Assembly: GCF_964355755.1 (NCBI RefSeq)
Contig: NC_092673.1
Coordinates: forward strand, 35,895,648-35,959,647
Direction: 5' to 3'
DNA length: 64,000 bases
Source: Antedon mediterranea
Lineage: Eukaryota; Animalia; Echinodermata
The notes beneath the pieces were generated by a model that was not told the DNA's origin, ran no database searches, and saw nothing but the letters and a program-made list of their open reading frames with translations. Below, in pieces: positions 40,716-53,243 of this stretch. How positions within the stretch are numbered: position 1 is the stretch's first letter; every line of letters begins with the position of its first letter. Position numbers and translations under genes: made by a program.

Positions 40716-42248
40716 TAGAAATAAAGTCACTACATTTTAATATCTTTTCGTATGTTAATACAATGTGCTCAAGTGGACCCAATTTGGACCCAGTGGAGCA
40801 CAGTGATATAAAATAGAAATAAAGTCACTAAATGTTCTTATCTTTTCGTATAAAACACTGTGCTCAAGTGGACACAATTTAGTACCAGGGGGGCAGTGAT
40901 ATAAAATAGAAATAAAGTCACTCAAGTTTCAATCTTTTCGTATGTTAATACACTGTTCTCAAGTGGACCCAATTTGGCGCCAGTGGATTTTTTTTAATGG
41001 AAAATAATGAATATTGTTTTTCTTTTTTCTGAAAGAGCGATATTTTGAGGATTGTAAATGTCAAATGGACCTTTTTTTAAAATCAGAAACAAAGTTGCAT
41101 AGACATTATTTTCCATTAAATAGACTGCCATAAAACCTCGAAAAGAAGCCCATGTGCTCCTTCATTTTTAGTACTCTTGGGTGGGCTTCTTTTCCACATG
41201 GAGTTCTTTTCGAGATTACTTTTGCAAACTAAACGAGGGGAACTGCTAGCTTCCCGCCCGGAAAATATTTTATTTACATGATTTGAAAAATCTTTGTAAA
41301 TAATTAACAACATCAAAATTTAACAGTGTGGCGTGTTGACCATGAATGACTAACATACCATCTTTACCAATACACCTGCACAGACTCATTTGCATAACAA
41401 CGCAGGCACGTCACACACCAAACTGTTTAAAATAGAGCTACAAGGTACCCGAAAATGACATCTATTATGCTTTCAAACAACATGCATAAGAATCTTCAGT
41501 ACCTCACCATGCTTGGGGCTGAGCAAAGAGAATAAAGGCGACTGAGCTAACTGATCGTTTTGGTTTTATCAAGGTTAATAGGATATTTATGAAGTAATGA
41601 TGAATTACGTAATACACGTACGTATAAATAGACAATTATCAGCTGTTCAGTCATGTTTCAGTTTGTGGTGCAACGGGTAATGCTCAGCGTTGAGTAGTAT
41701 CAGCTGAGGTTCGAACCTCTACAGATATTTTTTTTATAAATATTGTTTTTTTTTTAAAGAGAGATATTTGGAGGGTTGAAAATGCCAGGCCTAGGCAAGT
41801 GGACCTTAAATCATAAACAAAAGTGGAGGAGTTTCTAGATTCCCGCCCGGAAAATTGTATCTTTACATGATTTGAATTTCTAATAAAGATTAACAAAATC
41901 AAAATTTAACTTTTAAATTTAATTTTGTGGCGTGTTCACCATGAAGGACTAACAATACCATCTTCCCCATTACACCTGCACAAACTCATTTGCATAACAA
42001 CGCAGGGCTTACCAAACTGTTTAAAATAGCTACAAGGTCCCCAGAAATGACACCTATAGTATTTTGTAACATGACATATAAGAGTCTTCACTAACCCCAC
42101 CATGATTGGGGCTGAGCAAAGACAATTTAGAAAAAAATATTTATTGAAATATGAAATTAAATATTAAGTCTCCAGTTAAGCTCACCATGGTTGGGGCAGA
42201 GCTAAGAATGAAATCTTAGTCCCCGGAAATTAAGAAACGACCAGCCAT

Positions 42249-45200
42249 AAGTCCAGTCAATCTAGTGATATTTAGAGGTAAACCCACCACAAATTGCAAT
42301 AGTAACGAAACATTAATTTTTTCATTCAAAATGTAGTTTATAATGACATATTAAAAGTCACCAAAAATTGAAGCATTGGAACACATTATTTTTTACGTAA
42401 TCTCAACAACTATATAGTGATTTTATTCCATAAATATTTTGGGGTAGGGGGTAACATTTATGCCCATAACTTGTGGTTTTATAATCCAATCTCAATAATC
42501 TTGATATCAATGTGTAGAATATATATTTTTTTCTAATATGCAATTTACAAAAACAAAATACAACATTTATTTATATAACTAGAGGTCAAAAGGTTATTGA
42601 CCTTTTACAAAAACTCAAAATAATTAACTGTAATATTGTGCCATAATTGTATATGCATTTAATCAAAATTGTGTTTTATCTGTACCTATCGATATATAAA
42701 ATAGCAAACATGATGTTAACTAGAAGAATTTTAAAAGTAATGATGTACTATTCTTATTGAAATTGATTCTTGATCAAATGTAATGTAAACAATTTTGGGG
42801 TAGGGGGTAGCGTTTATGCCTATAATCCATTGTTTTATAATCATATCTAAATAGCTTTAGTACCAATGTGTAGAGTATATATATCCTACTAATAATATAC
42901 ATTAAAAAAACAATTAATAACAGTTATACGTAACTAGAGGTCAAAAGGTCATTGACCTTTTACAAAAACTCAAATGTTCTTAAAATAGCGTAAAACTAAA
43001 TTATGTTTATAGCCTATATATTATATTTATATTTTGGAAGTATTTGGTGCAAATAATGTTTTTCTTGTACCTATTGTATCGTCATGAAATAGGAAAAATG
43101 ATACTAGCTAGAAGAAAATTGAAATTCATTAGCGGTATGTACTATTGATGATTAATTAATGAGTCTTGATAATTTGGAATCAACTCATGATTTACTATAG
43201 ATAGATTTTTGATAATTTTAGTATCAACGAATGTACGTAATGAGAAGTATTTTATCTTCGCAGGGTTGCGTCTTCTCTCCTCTCTTGTATATTATATACA
43301 CGGATGACTGTCGGAGCAAACAGGACAATCTTTTCAAATTTGCTGACGACACTGTCTTGCTGTCTCTCCTTCAAAATTCACAGGACGGTCATGGTTCCGC
43401 ATTAGATGGTTTTATCCAATTTTGTGGAAACTCCTACTTGGAACTCAATGTCACCAAAACCAAGGAGATAATTGTAGATTTTAGGAAGGAGAAAGGACGC
43501 AGCCCTCTGGTATCCCCCACAAATGACGAACCAGCGATATTGTCCATTCCTTTAAATACCTAGGTACTATATTTGAGGACAATCTCAGCTGGGAATTAAA
43601 TACAGAGGCAATAGTAAAGAAAGGACACCAGAGACTTTATCTGTTAAGGAAGCTGAACCATTTTAATGTCAATAAAGTAATTCTCATGGTTTTTTATAAT
43701 TCCTTTATTGAGAACGTTTTAACTTTTTTCCTTTATATGCTGGTTTTTTAGTCTTAGGGTCAAAGAGAGAAACTCACTACAAAGTTGTTAACTTAAGTTC
43801 TAAATTAATAGGTTGTCAACTTCGTAGCTTGTCTTCCTTCTGTGACATGCAAACTCTAGAAAAAAAGTAGAGCTATTCTAAAAAAATGTTAACCATGCCT
43901 TGTTCAGTGATTTCGAGCTCATGCCTCATGGGCGTCGCTTTCAATGCCCGGCGTGTAGAACAAACTGGAAAAGAAATTGTTTTTGCCAGTTGCCATCCGA
44001 CTCTTAAATTCTTGAACTTTGACTCTTGTTATATTGTACTGTATATTGTGATATTTTTGTATATTTTGTAAGATCATTTTAATCCAGACCTTTTTATTTG
44101 AATTGCTCCGTGTGGGATGATATTGTTTAATCCTTCAAATAGAAAAGCACTCACAACTTATATGTCATCAGTATCACTTTCTTGTTCGGGTATTAGTACA
44201 GTGCAATGCCATTGCATTCACCACATGTAGTTCTAGTTACCCCTGAATGCTTCAAGGAGATACTCAGGCTCTGGCTTTAAGTCTGTGTGTAGAGGAACCA
44301 TGTTTCCATCATCTGATCTTCCATCCCCAATCCTCGGTACACATATCAACCCCACTCCATTGCTAAAAGATAACTTGAACTTGAACCTGATGTTAAGTAC
44401 CTTGGTTGTGGTACAATTATGAAGTTGGTGATATGCGAGGTTGTACTTGTAGATGGGATGGAGTCAAAGGCATTCCATGTTGTCCAGGTAGTCCATTGTA
44501 CAGACGCACTAAACCATTTTCTCTAGCAACCACAATGTCATCCTTTGTAGCTTGTTTGCATTTGAAGTCTACAGCATAATGTCAGAAATAAGTGCAATGA
44601 CAAGCTTTTTTTAGAGCCACTTGTTTTCCAATTCTGAAAACTCTGGATGTTTTGTCACCAGTATCGCATGAGCAAACAGAAGGTTATCACAGATGTCTCT
44701 CAAATGTACTGTTTGAACCAGTTTGATAGTCCAGCATCTCAGCTCCAGTCTAAAGAATATCACAAGATGTTTTAAATGCTTGACTGCAGAGGAGCACTAG
44801 TAGATCCGTGTCATCGGATAATGACAGCTGTTTTCCTGTTTGCTGATTCAATGGTTTTTTGTACTATCTGAAAGAACATCTGCATCAGCAGCTGCATTCA
44901 CTCATTGCCATGTTGTTCAAATACTAGTTACGAAGATTTATAAATTGTTGTTTGTTACAGAAAGTGATCCTATTTTGTGGAACATGTCACTGGTAAAATG
45001 TACAGGGACACTACCACCTGACCCGCCTTACCATGTGCGCCGTCTTTGGTGGACGAGCCGCTTTCATAATTATCAAAGACTATGCAGAGCAATATTTTTT
45101 ACAGATCTCTACACTATTCCATATGAATGCTGTGCAGTAGAGCACTACCATCTAAAATGTAGGCCTACTGGACATCATTCAATGAGTTGGATGTATTAGA

Positions 45201-46348
45201 CTTTTCAGAAGAAGTTGTTTCCACGTGGCATCATGTTGGTTTATTAGCTGAAAGTATTGTAAGTTGGTAGTTTCAAAAAGTGGTGGTGGATAACAAAGTC
45301 ACCTCGAGTCTCCTCTGGAACTGTAGGATTGATGCACACATATGACTTTATTGCCAGGATCTTGAATACATTAGAAGACTTTCTGGCCAAAATATTCAAT
45401 GCTTAATACCACATTGCTAATATTCCGAGTCACCTGCAGTAACTCCCGTGTCAATGGTATGAAGTCTCTGAGTCGTAACCAAATGGATTTTTCAATTGCC
45501 ATTGTGTTCCTGACGTGTGGCCATAAGGTCTTATGTTGGCCGCTGCTGCTCTGGAGTAACGCCCTGGTACTATTACAAGGCATTACATACATTTCAGCGC
45601 AGATTTGGTCTGGATGTACGCATTCCTATATTTTCTTGTCAAACCTCTTGTTTTCTTTGAGGCTTCTCATAGAAACTTTTCAATCACCTGCAGGTCTGTT
45701 GACAATCCAGCCCAGATGGTCCGAACGTCATACAACATGGAGGTCATTGTCAAACTGCTGTTGAATATCTTTGTATTTCTACTGGTTAAAAAATACTTAT
45801 ACATTCCAATATAAATACTGTAACCATGGCAACACAAATGCCAACTGGAAAAAATGGAATGTAGATCATCCAGAAGCAACAGAAACGGAGATGTCACTCA
45901 TCTGCATCTTGAACTGGTCATGTGTATCGCGTTGGACTGAAATGTTCACCCCAGGGAATCCATGTGTGTATACCATTGTTGTTTACAGCGAAAACAACAT
46001 TTTTAGCCAAAATTGACACATTATGTTGTGTTTTTCCGCAAAATTGACATTCTAAATAAAATGTTATGACTATAAGTTTGATATCACTGAATAGGAAATT
46101 TAATAAGCTTTCGGATGACATAAATCCCACTTGTATATAATGTATTTTAAATGGTTAAATATATGTAATTAATGGGGCATATTAATTTTGACTTAAAATG
46201 ACCTTTATTGACCTCTGATCCCTTGACCCAATGCTTGGATTTTCGGTGACTTTTAGTATGTCGTTCTACAAATTATATCGAATTCAAAAATACTAGCTTT
46301 GTTACTATTGCAATTTGTGGTGGGTATATCATTAGATTGACTGGACTA
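42249..46348 (-). mobile_element. Decayed DNA transposon, tentatively AcademX-like
   Basis: About 130-bp TIRs (AGTCCAGTCAATCTA...CCCACCACAAATTGCAATAGTAAC at left, inverse ending GACTGGACTA at right). A degraded minus-strand ORF reads EDWGWK..DGNMVPLHTDLKPEPEYLL and has a Cys-rich tail near 44200-44340. Confidence 0.6.
43150..44130 (+). mobile_element. LINE reverse transcriptase fragment (Rex1/Babar or L2-like), frameshifted
   Basis: QGCVFSPLLYIIYTDD, FADDTVL and LELNVTKTKEIIVDFRK motifs. It is inserted inside the DNA transposon. Confidence 0.85.
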
Positions 46349-47733
46349 CAATGGTGATTGTTTCCCAAGTGTGAGACATGCAATGCACGCGGCCGTCCGT
46401 GACAGTAATTCAACAAAACAAATTATGAAATAAAAACAGAGCTAGCGCACAAAAGCCTACTTACTAATTTTAATATTTCTATAATTTAGAAAACAATAAC
46501 AATTATCACCTTTGATAATTATAATGTTAAATTTCAACTATCCAGATGCGAATTTTAGGTTGGGTTTTTAAAAAACTCGACTTCATATATGCTTCAATTT
46601 CGAAGATCTGCTTAAAACATATTTATTTATTTATTCTGCCATAAACTTTATTCACAACATAGTAGTAGGCCTACAATACAATATCTTGCATGAAACGGAT
46701 ATTTAAAAGTAGCCTACACTATAATGTGTAACGGTAGAATTACAATTCTAATGTAAAAGATTAACAAATAAAAATTGAAAAGTGTTGTGCGTTGATCGCG
46801 AATAACTAACAATACCATCTTTCCCACAGCACATGTGCACACTCATTTGCATAACAAACGCACGGCATACCAAACTACGATGAGATAAAATTAATTATAT
46901 TTAAATTAAATTCCTTTTTTTTTTACATTAAAATAAATTGAGGGCGCTAAACATAAAATTTAAACCATCAAAGCAGTTGGCGAGAGTCAAAAAAAAAAAA
47001 GATGGTAAATGTGGGGTAAATGTGCTCTACCTGCCTCAGCACTAAGGCCGCCTTTTGGGGTCGTTTCCACCACATCACCAGATGCATTGATGTTTTCGCC
47101 TCATGTGTGGTGGAAAGGGGGGGGGGGGACGTATGATCTGTGAACCCCAAACACAGTGGCTCGCATAGCCTTAACTCTATTCCACCGACCAGCGTGGGAA
47201 TCGAACCCACGACATACGTGTGTTAACACGACGCTCAGACGACTGAGCTAATTCTGATCATTTTGGTTTTAGCAAGGTTAATAGGATATTTATGACGTAA
47301 TGATGAATTACGTAATACACGTATAAATAGACTATTATCAGCTGTTCAGTCATGTTTCAGTTTGTGGTGCAACGGGTAATGCTCAGTTTTGAGTGATATC
47401 AGCTGGGGTTCGAACCTCGACGGATATTTTTTTTATGAATATTGTTTTTTTTTTTTGTATGGCATTTATTTTTCCATTAAATAGACACCATAAAACCCCA
47501 AAAAGAGCCCATGTGTTCCTCATTTTTTAGTACTCTTGGGTACGGTGCCTTCTTTTCCACATGGGGTTCTTTTCGAGATTACTTTTGTAAACTAAAGGAG
47601 GGGAGTTTCTAGATTCCCGCCCGGAAAATTGTCATTGAAATGACACCTATAGTATTTTGAAACATGATATATAAGAGTCTTCACTACCCTACCATGATTG
47701 GATCCTCTATCGTAGAGGGCTCATATCCATTAG

Positions 47734-47743
47734 GGGAATTTCC
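47734..47743 (+). promoter_or_regulatory. Consensus NF-kB (kB) site upstream of CARD gene 1
   Basis: GGGAATTTCC matches GGGRNWYYCC and lies about 530 bp upstream of the ATG. Function is untested. Confidence 0.5.
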
Positions 47744-48272
47744 AAAAATGTATTTCTGATTTGGTTTTTTTTTTCGATGGTTAGGCCTAGTCTAGTTGGT
47801 CGGTTGTGTTCATGTTTGCCTAAATAATCAATTGTGATGTTCAGTTCCACTTTTTTTAAATGATACACTATATCCTGAGCCATCTACAAATTGGTAACAG
47901 TTGATTTGTATATGTCTTTTACCGTATATTTTTGTGTACCGATTGACTGGTTTTGTTTAGGCCCACTGAAGTTACACGTCTAGGCCTAGAGAGGTCCTAG
48001 TAGGCTGTATCTAGCGTGCCTATTTATGAACAGTCAGTCCGAATCGTAGCCTAGGCCTAGGGTGCAATGGGAAGCCCATCCAGTGCAACTAGTAATTGGC
48101 CTGGTACTACTACTAGGTTAACTGAAACCAAGTCATCAATCCTTTTACTTATGACATGCTCTTTAAAATTTATAAAATTAATAAATGGAGTAGATTTTAT
48201 TTATTTGTTGAAAGGTAGGCAGATTAAATAAGTTAAATGGTTGTTTTTTCAGAAACCATTTGTTAGTTCAAG

Positions 48273-49422
48273 ATGAAAAGAAAACAATGCATAGTTCTGG
48301 AGCATTGCAGAGATTTCATAATTGAAAATATTGATGGTAAACGGCTTCTAGATCCAATGGTAGAAGGAGGCATTTTTAGTACAGATGATGATGATGAGAT
48401 CAGATCCAACCAAACAAGAAAGGTGACCGCAAAACTCCCAATTCTTGTGATCAGAAAGAACCTGTATAATAGATGGAGTAATAGTAGTGTTGGGTCGAGC
48501 AGTCAGGGGTAGAGGTTAGGGGTAAATAGGATATTACCCACCTTCATTGTCTTCTACCAACACAACATCAAAGAAATCTGGCTACTTGAAAAGATACCGT
48601 TTTGTTTCACTTTTTGACACCCACCCTTAGATTGCTACATATCTGTGCTATGGTAGACTAATTCCATTGCAGTTCAACTTCATTGTAACATACACAATCT
48701 ACAGCTATGATTGTTACCAAGCAAGATATGGCACCAAGACCCCTCATAGTTTATTGTTTCATTTTATTTAAAGGCATGCGCAGAAAGGTTCTACGAAAAG
48801 TTATTGCAAAGTAAACATGACAACACTTATGACACTTTTAAGACGGCTTTGAAAGTATGTAATGTGGACTACATTGTAAAAGAGCTTGAAAAATACGAGA
48901 AAAAGTATGAAAATGAACCAGAAACCAATCTTCCTGATCCCAGAAAAACAACTGGTATGTGCTATACCTTGAATTCCTACTTATTTTTCGTTTAAATTTT
49001 TGTTAAAGATGTATTGTCCGGGTCCCCCTGAAAAAAACTGTAATTTAAAGCAAAAAAAAAGAACAATGCAGCCAATGTGTTTTTGGTTGAATGATGGTTT
49101 TATATGAGAACATTTTTTTTTTATGGAAGAGATTAACTTTATCAAAATAACCATTGAAAGTCTGACCTAACTTATTTTCATTTTTCATGTTTTTGGGGAA
49201 CAATACATCTTTAATGTTTTTATTTCCTGAGATATTGCTCAGCCTATATAAAGACCAATGTGTTTTTAGGTGAGAATGTTTGTAACATTTAGTGGATGAT
49301 GATTTCATTTTTTTTCTCTTGCAGGTGGGAAAGTTCCATCTTCAAGTAATGTAAAGATTGTTGGGAGTAAAAACAGTGTAATTGTTGGTGGCAGTAACAT
49401 TTCTATTAACATTAATAACTAA
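48273..49422 (+). CDS. Small CARD-domain protein 1 (142 aa) with C-terminal RHIM-like tail
   Basis: Exons 48273-48422 (MKRKQCIVLEHCRDFIIENIDGKRLLDPMVEGGIFSTDDDDEIRSNQTRK), 48774-48954 (ACAERFYEKLLQSKHDNTYDTFKTALKVCNVDYIVKELE...), 49325-49422 (GGKVPSSSNVKIVGSKNSVIVGGSNISININN*). Splice sites are canonical. The CARD helix pattern L..R..h...hD....D.h....Ih...D.EI and F..AL......h...L was recognised by eye. Confidence 0.82.
49007..49210. mobile_element. Kolobok-like MITE in intron 2 of CARD gene 1
   Basis: TIR AGATGTATTGT / ACAATACATCT with TTAA TSD. Confidence 0.7.
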
Positions 49423-50703
49423 GACATGATATGCATACATTTATTATTTTACATTTTGGCAAATGTATAGAACATTAGGGTTGGTTTAATGTTTAAAATT
49501 ACATTTTAATTTTTTTATAACATACTAAAATCCTTGATCTGAGAACTGCTTATAATTATGTCCAACAAAAAAATATTTACTGTACTGTATCTCTGAGTTT
49601 TGTGTTAAAATTGCTATTTTTATATACATAGTATAATTGTTAAGCTCCATCTCTATTCCTTCTGTTGTTTAACAAATACCTTACAATTTGGTCTATGTTT
49701 TTCCCATCATTTTTGGTAACATTTTAAGTGGCGGTGGCTGGACAATTCATAAATCAATTACATCATGATTGGTCAAATTTCGTCATTGCGCTGTATGGAA
49801 ACTAAGGGCGTGTTCAGACATACTGAGTTATGTATTTGTATCGTACAAAGCTTTAACTTTAAACCATTGGTTTAAGCACCCTCATGTAAAAGACGGTTCA
49901 TGTTAGTTAGATGGCTGTATGTATCATCATGTATTGCTGCTACTCTAGATGGCTGTATGTATCATCATGTATTGCTGCTACTCTAGGTTCTAGATTGAGT
50001 TTTGAATTAATATTAGTAAAACGATAAATACTTTGGAACATATGGTGTTTCATATGTTTACTATTTCCGACTGACATAAAAAAGCTACAGACTTGGGCAA
50101 GTATATATTGTTGCATGCACCATACAGATATTACAATGTTAACTATTATCTGTATGCACACAGCAATGCAATATTTGATTAAAGAATACTTAATTCAATT
50201 TAAAAGCAATTTGCATTTTTCTTTTTTTACAGTACTGACAATACTGAACTCATAAATATTCATAAGTCAATATGACTTCCTTTGTGAATTACTTTAACTA
50301 AATCAGTACACTAATAATAACTTAATTTATAAGCAATGCATTGTTCCTTTTTAAATACTTTGATTACAACATTTTTGTTTTCCATTAGACAATACTGAAC
50401 TCATAAATATTCATAAGTCTATGATGTGTTTTTCATTAGACAATACTGAACTCATAAAAATTCATAAGTCTATGATGTGTTTTTCATTAGACAATACTGA
50501 ACTCATAAATATTCATAAGTCTATATGATGTACTTACGTTAGTACTGTATTGTACAATTTAATTTAAAAAAAAAACAATTTGCATTTCGTTTTTTTTTAC
50601 TTTAATAGTCTGTTCGCCCTTTTATTGTCCATTTATAGTTTTCTTTCCCGAATTATGAAAAACAGAAATAAAATATTAAAATGTTTTTATGTATGTCAAC
50701 AAA

Positions 50704-50826
50704 TAATTCTTGGTCCTCTCTCCATAACAGTCACATAATTCTTGGTCCTCTCTCCATAACAGTCACATAATTCTTGGTCCTCTCTCCATAACAGTCACAT
50801 AATTCTTGGTCCTCTCTCCATGACAG
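50704..50826. repeat. 33-bp tandem repeat, about 4 copies
   Basis: TAATTCTTGGTCCTCTCTCCATAACAGTCACA-type unit. Confidence 0.85.
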
Positions 50827-52019
50827 TTGTCATATAATGCTTTGTATTTCTTTTCTTTTTTATTGTATGTATATGTTTCATATAAACAGTTTGTCTGAAA
50901 ATAAAATAAATTTCAATATTGTAATATCAGATGACAATTAAAAAGCCGAAGAATTGTATAGCAATATCTTTAGTGAGTTCCAGTCTGTATTTTAGGACAG
51001 ATAAAATAAATAGTTTTTCGTTTCCCTCTACCACAAAAAAAAAAAAAAAACAATTTTAAAGGCAAAAAAATAAGAGTAAACAAGAAATATTTCTTACAAA
51101 AAACGCTGCTCGCTTATTGAAAAATATTTTTGATTTAAAATGTTTTTGAATGTGTCATTTTATTGTCACATAATAGTTTTTTTACCCGAAAAAATGTAAT
51201 TTAAAGCAACAAATACTTAAATTGTCTGTCAGACAATGGTTTTTGGGTTTCTTTTCTTTTTTTATATGTTAATAAATATTATTTTTTTGTTACAGAAGTG
51301 AATACTCAATTTCTGTCACTTTAGTTAATTTTATTGCTAAGGTCAAGTCTGGGTTTCACTTCATCACCCTAGATATTTCAAGTGTGAAGTATCCTATTAC
51401 AAACACAAACTTTAATGGACTGTTTCGATAATAATTCAATGAATATCTGACAGTGAATTACAGTCAAAAGTCAGTATTATTATAGTCAAATGGGACTCAT
51501 AAATACCAGAAATGCTTTGGGATTTGTAATTTTAGCATGACATGTCCTAATAGACTCTTTTCCCAGACGTTTTTTTGGGTCTAGCAGCTGGAAATCTATA
51601 AATTATAGTGGAAAATTTCGCAAAACTGTCGTCCTTAAGCCCGGCGCACACTAGAGCTTTCGGCTGAGCCAACTGGCACGAGCAAAGATTATATAGCGCC
51701 GCTATACAATCTTTGGCACGAGTAACACTTGGCTCACTAAAAAATTTGCCGCAAACTGTGATCGCGTTCTGTTGGACGCACACTAAACGCCTCCAGTACG
51801 CGATTTTCTGATTGGATAATTACTTACTACGCTATACGGCACGCGCTGAAATATCATAATAAATCAGAAAATGTCATGCGCAGAGGATTTTTCTAGTGAG
51901 CATGCAGGAAGCTCACGTTCGGCGCACACTTGAGGAAAATGGCACGCGTGCCAAAAAATATTAAACACGATAGGTTGGCCAATTCCTCACGAAATCCCCG
52001 GCGCACACTGTGAGGCAAG

Positions 52020-53142
52020 CAAAGATTATATAGCGCCGCTACGCGGCGCAAGATAGGTAACTGTTGCCAAGCTCCTATCTTATAACACTACGCGCCCAGT
52101 AAATCCATGGACGCCATTCGGGCGGACAGGTTATTATTGTGATTTAAATGTAAATGGTTTAAATTTTGCGGTCCGCCTCGAAGTATCTGTGGTTAACCAT
52201 CTTTATGATTGATTCATGGAAAAGGGAAGAAATTATGTAAACAAAGTAAAATAAAAGTTTCTTTGGGATCTGGACACTTTCCGATTAATTCTGTGTGTTT
52301 ACATTGATATGTTTGGTTAGACAACTTCGTTCTTTAACCGAAACATCGTGGATATTGCCTTGACAACGACTTTATTCCGGTTCAAACTTGTCCGCCGGAA
52401 TGGCGTCCATGGATTAAGGGCCTTTCACACCTGCTCCGGCACGGTTCCGGTCCGGCGACGGCAAATCCAATCGAACGTCAATGTTTCGTTTTCACGCGGC
52501 TACGCGCATATCGATTGGTGCTTGGCCGCGTGGAGCGTCGTAACAACGAAACATTTTGTGTTCGATTCGCCGGACCGGAACCGTGCCGGAACAGGTGTGA
52601 AAGGCCCTTTACAAAGGTCTCACCCAGTTACCTATCTTGCGCCGCGTAGCGGCGCTATACAATCTTTGCGAGTAACACTTGCCTCAAAGATTGTATAGCG
52701 CCGCTAGGCGGCGCAAGATAGGTAACTGGGTGAGACCTTTGTAATCCATGGACGCCATTCCGGCGGACAAGTTTGAACTGGAATAAAGTCGTTGTCAAGG
52801 CAATATCCACGATGTTTCGGTTAAAGAACGAAGTTGTCTAACCAAACATATCAATGTAAACACACAGAATTAATCGGAAAGTGTCCAGATCCCAAAGAAA
52901 CTTTTATTTTACTTTGTTTACATAATTTCTTCCCTTTTCCATGAATCAATCATAAAGATGGTTAACCACAGATACTTCGAGGCGGACCGCAAAATTTAAA
53001 CCCTTTACATTTAAATCACAATAATAACCTGTCTGTCCGCCCGAATGGCGTCCATGGATTTACTGGGCGCGTAGTGTTATAAGATAGGAGCTTGGCAACA
53101 GTTACCTATCTTGCGCCGCTACGCGGCGCTATATAATCTTTG
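52020..53142. mobile_element. Two inverted P-superfamily-like MITE copies (52020-52668 and 52685-53142)
   Basis: TIR CAAAGATT(A/G)TATAGCGCCGCTACGCGGCGCAAGATAGGTAACTG. The left copy carries a nested Harbinger-like MITE at 52417-52608 with TTA TSD. Confidence 0.85.
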
Positions 53143-53231
53143 GTACTACTAGTACGTACTGGATACGCGCGATGACATGGATTGATGAGATCATCTACTT
53201 TCATCATCCCACGTGACCTATTCTCAACAAA

Positions 53232-53243
53232 GGGGAAATCCCC
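53232..53243 (+). promoter_or_regulatory. Consensus NF-kB (kB) site upstream of CARD gene 2
   Basis: GGGGAAATCCCC contains GGGRNWYYCC and lies upstream of a probable 5'UTR donor (GAG|GTATGG near 53617). Function is untested. Confidence 0.5.

Noticed and set aside
44840-46016. Cluster of short ORFs as host genes
   Set aside because: Fragments and antisense shadows of the decayed transposon ORF.
47180-47250. Functional tRNA gene (likewise 55575-55640)
   Set aside because: A/B boxes are present but I could not fold a full cloverleaf, and both sit in repeat bodies; treated as SINE-derived.
52348-52698. Apparent paralogous ORFs MDIALTTTLFRF (also 57185-57370)
   Set aside because: They lie wholly within MITE copies and start at a non-ATG codon.
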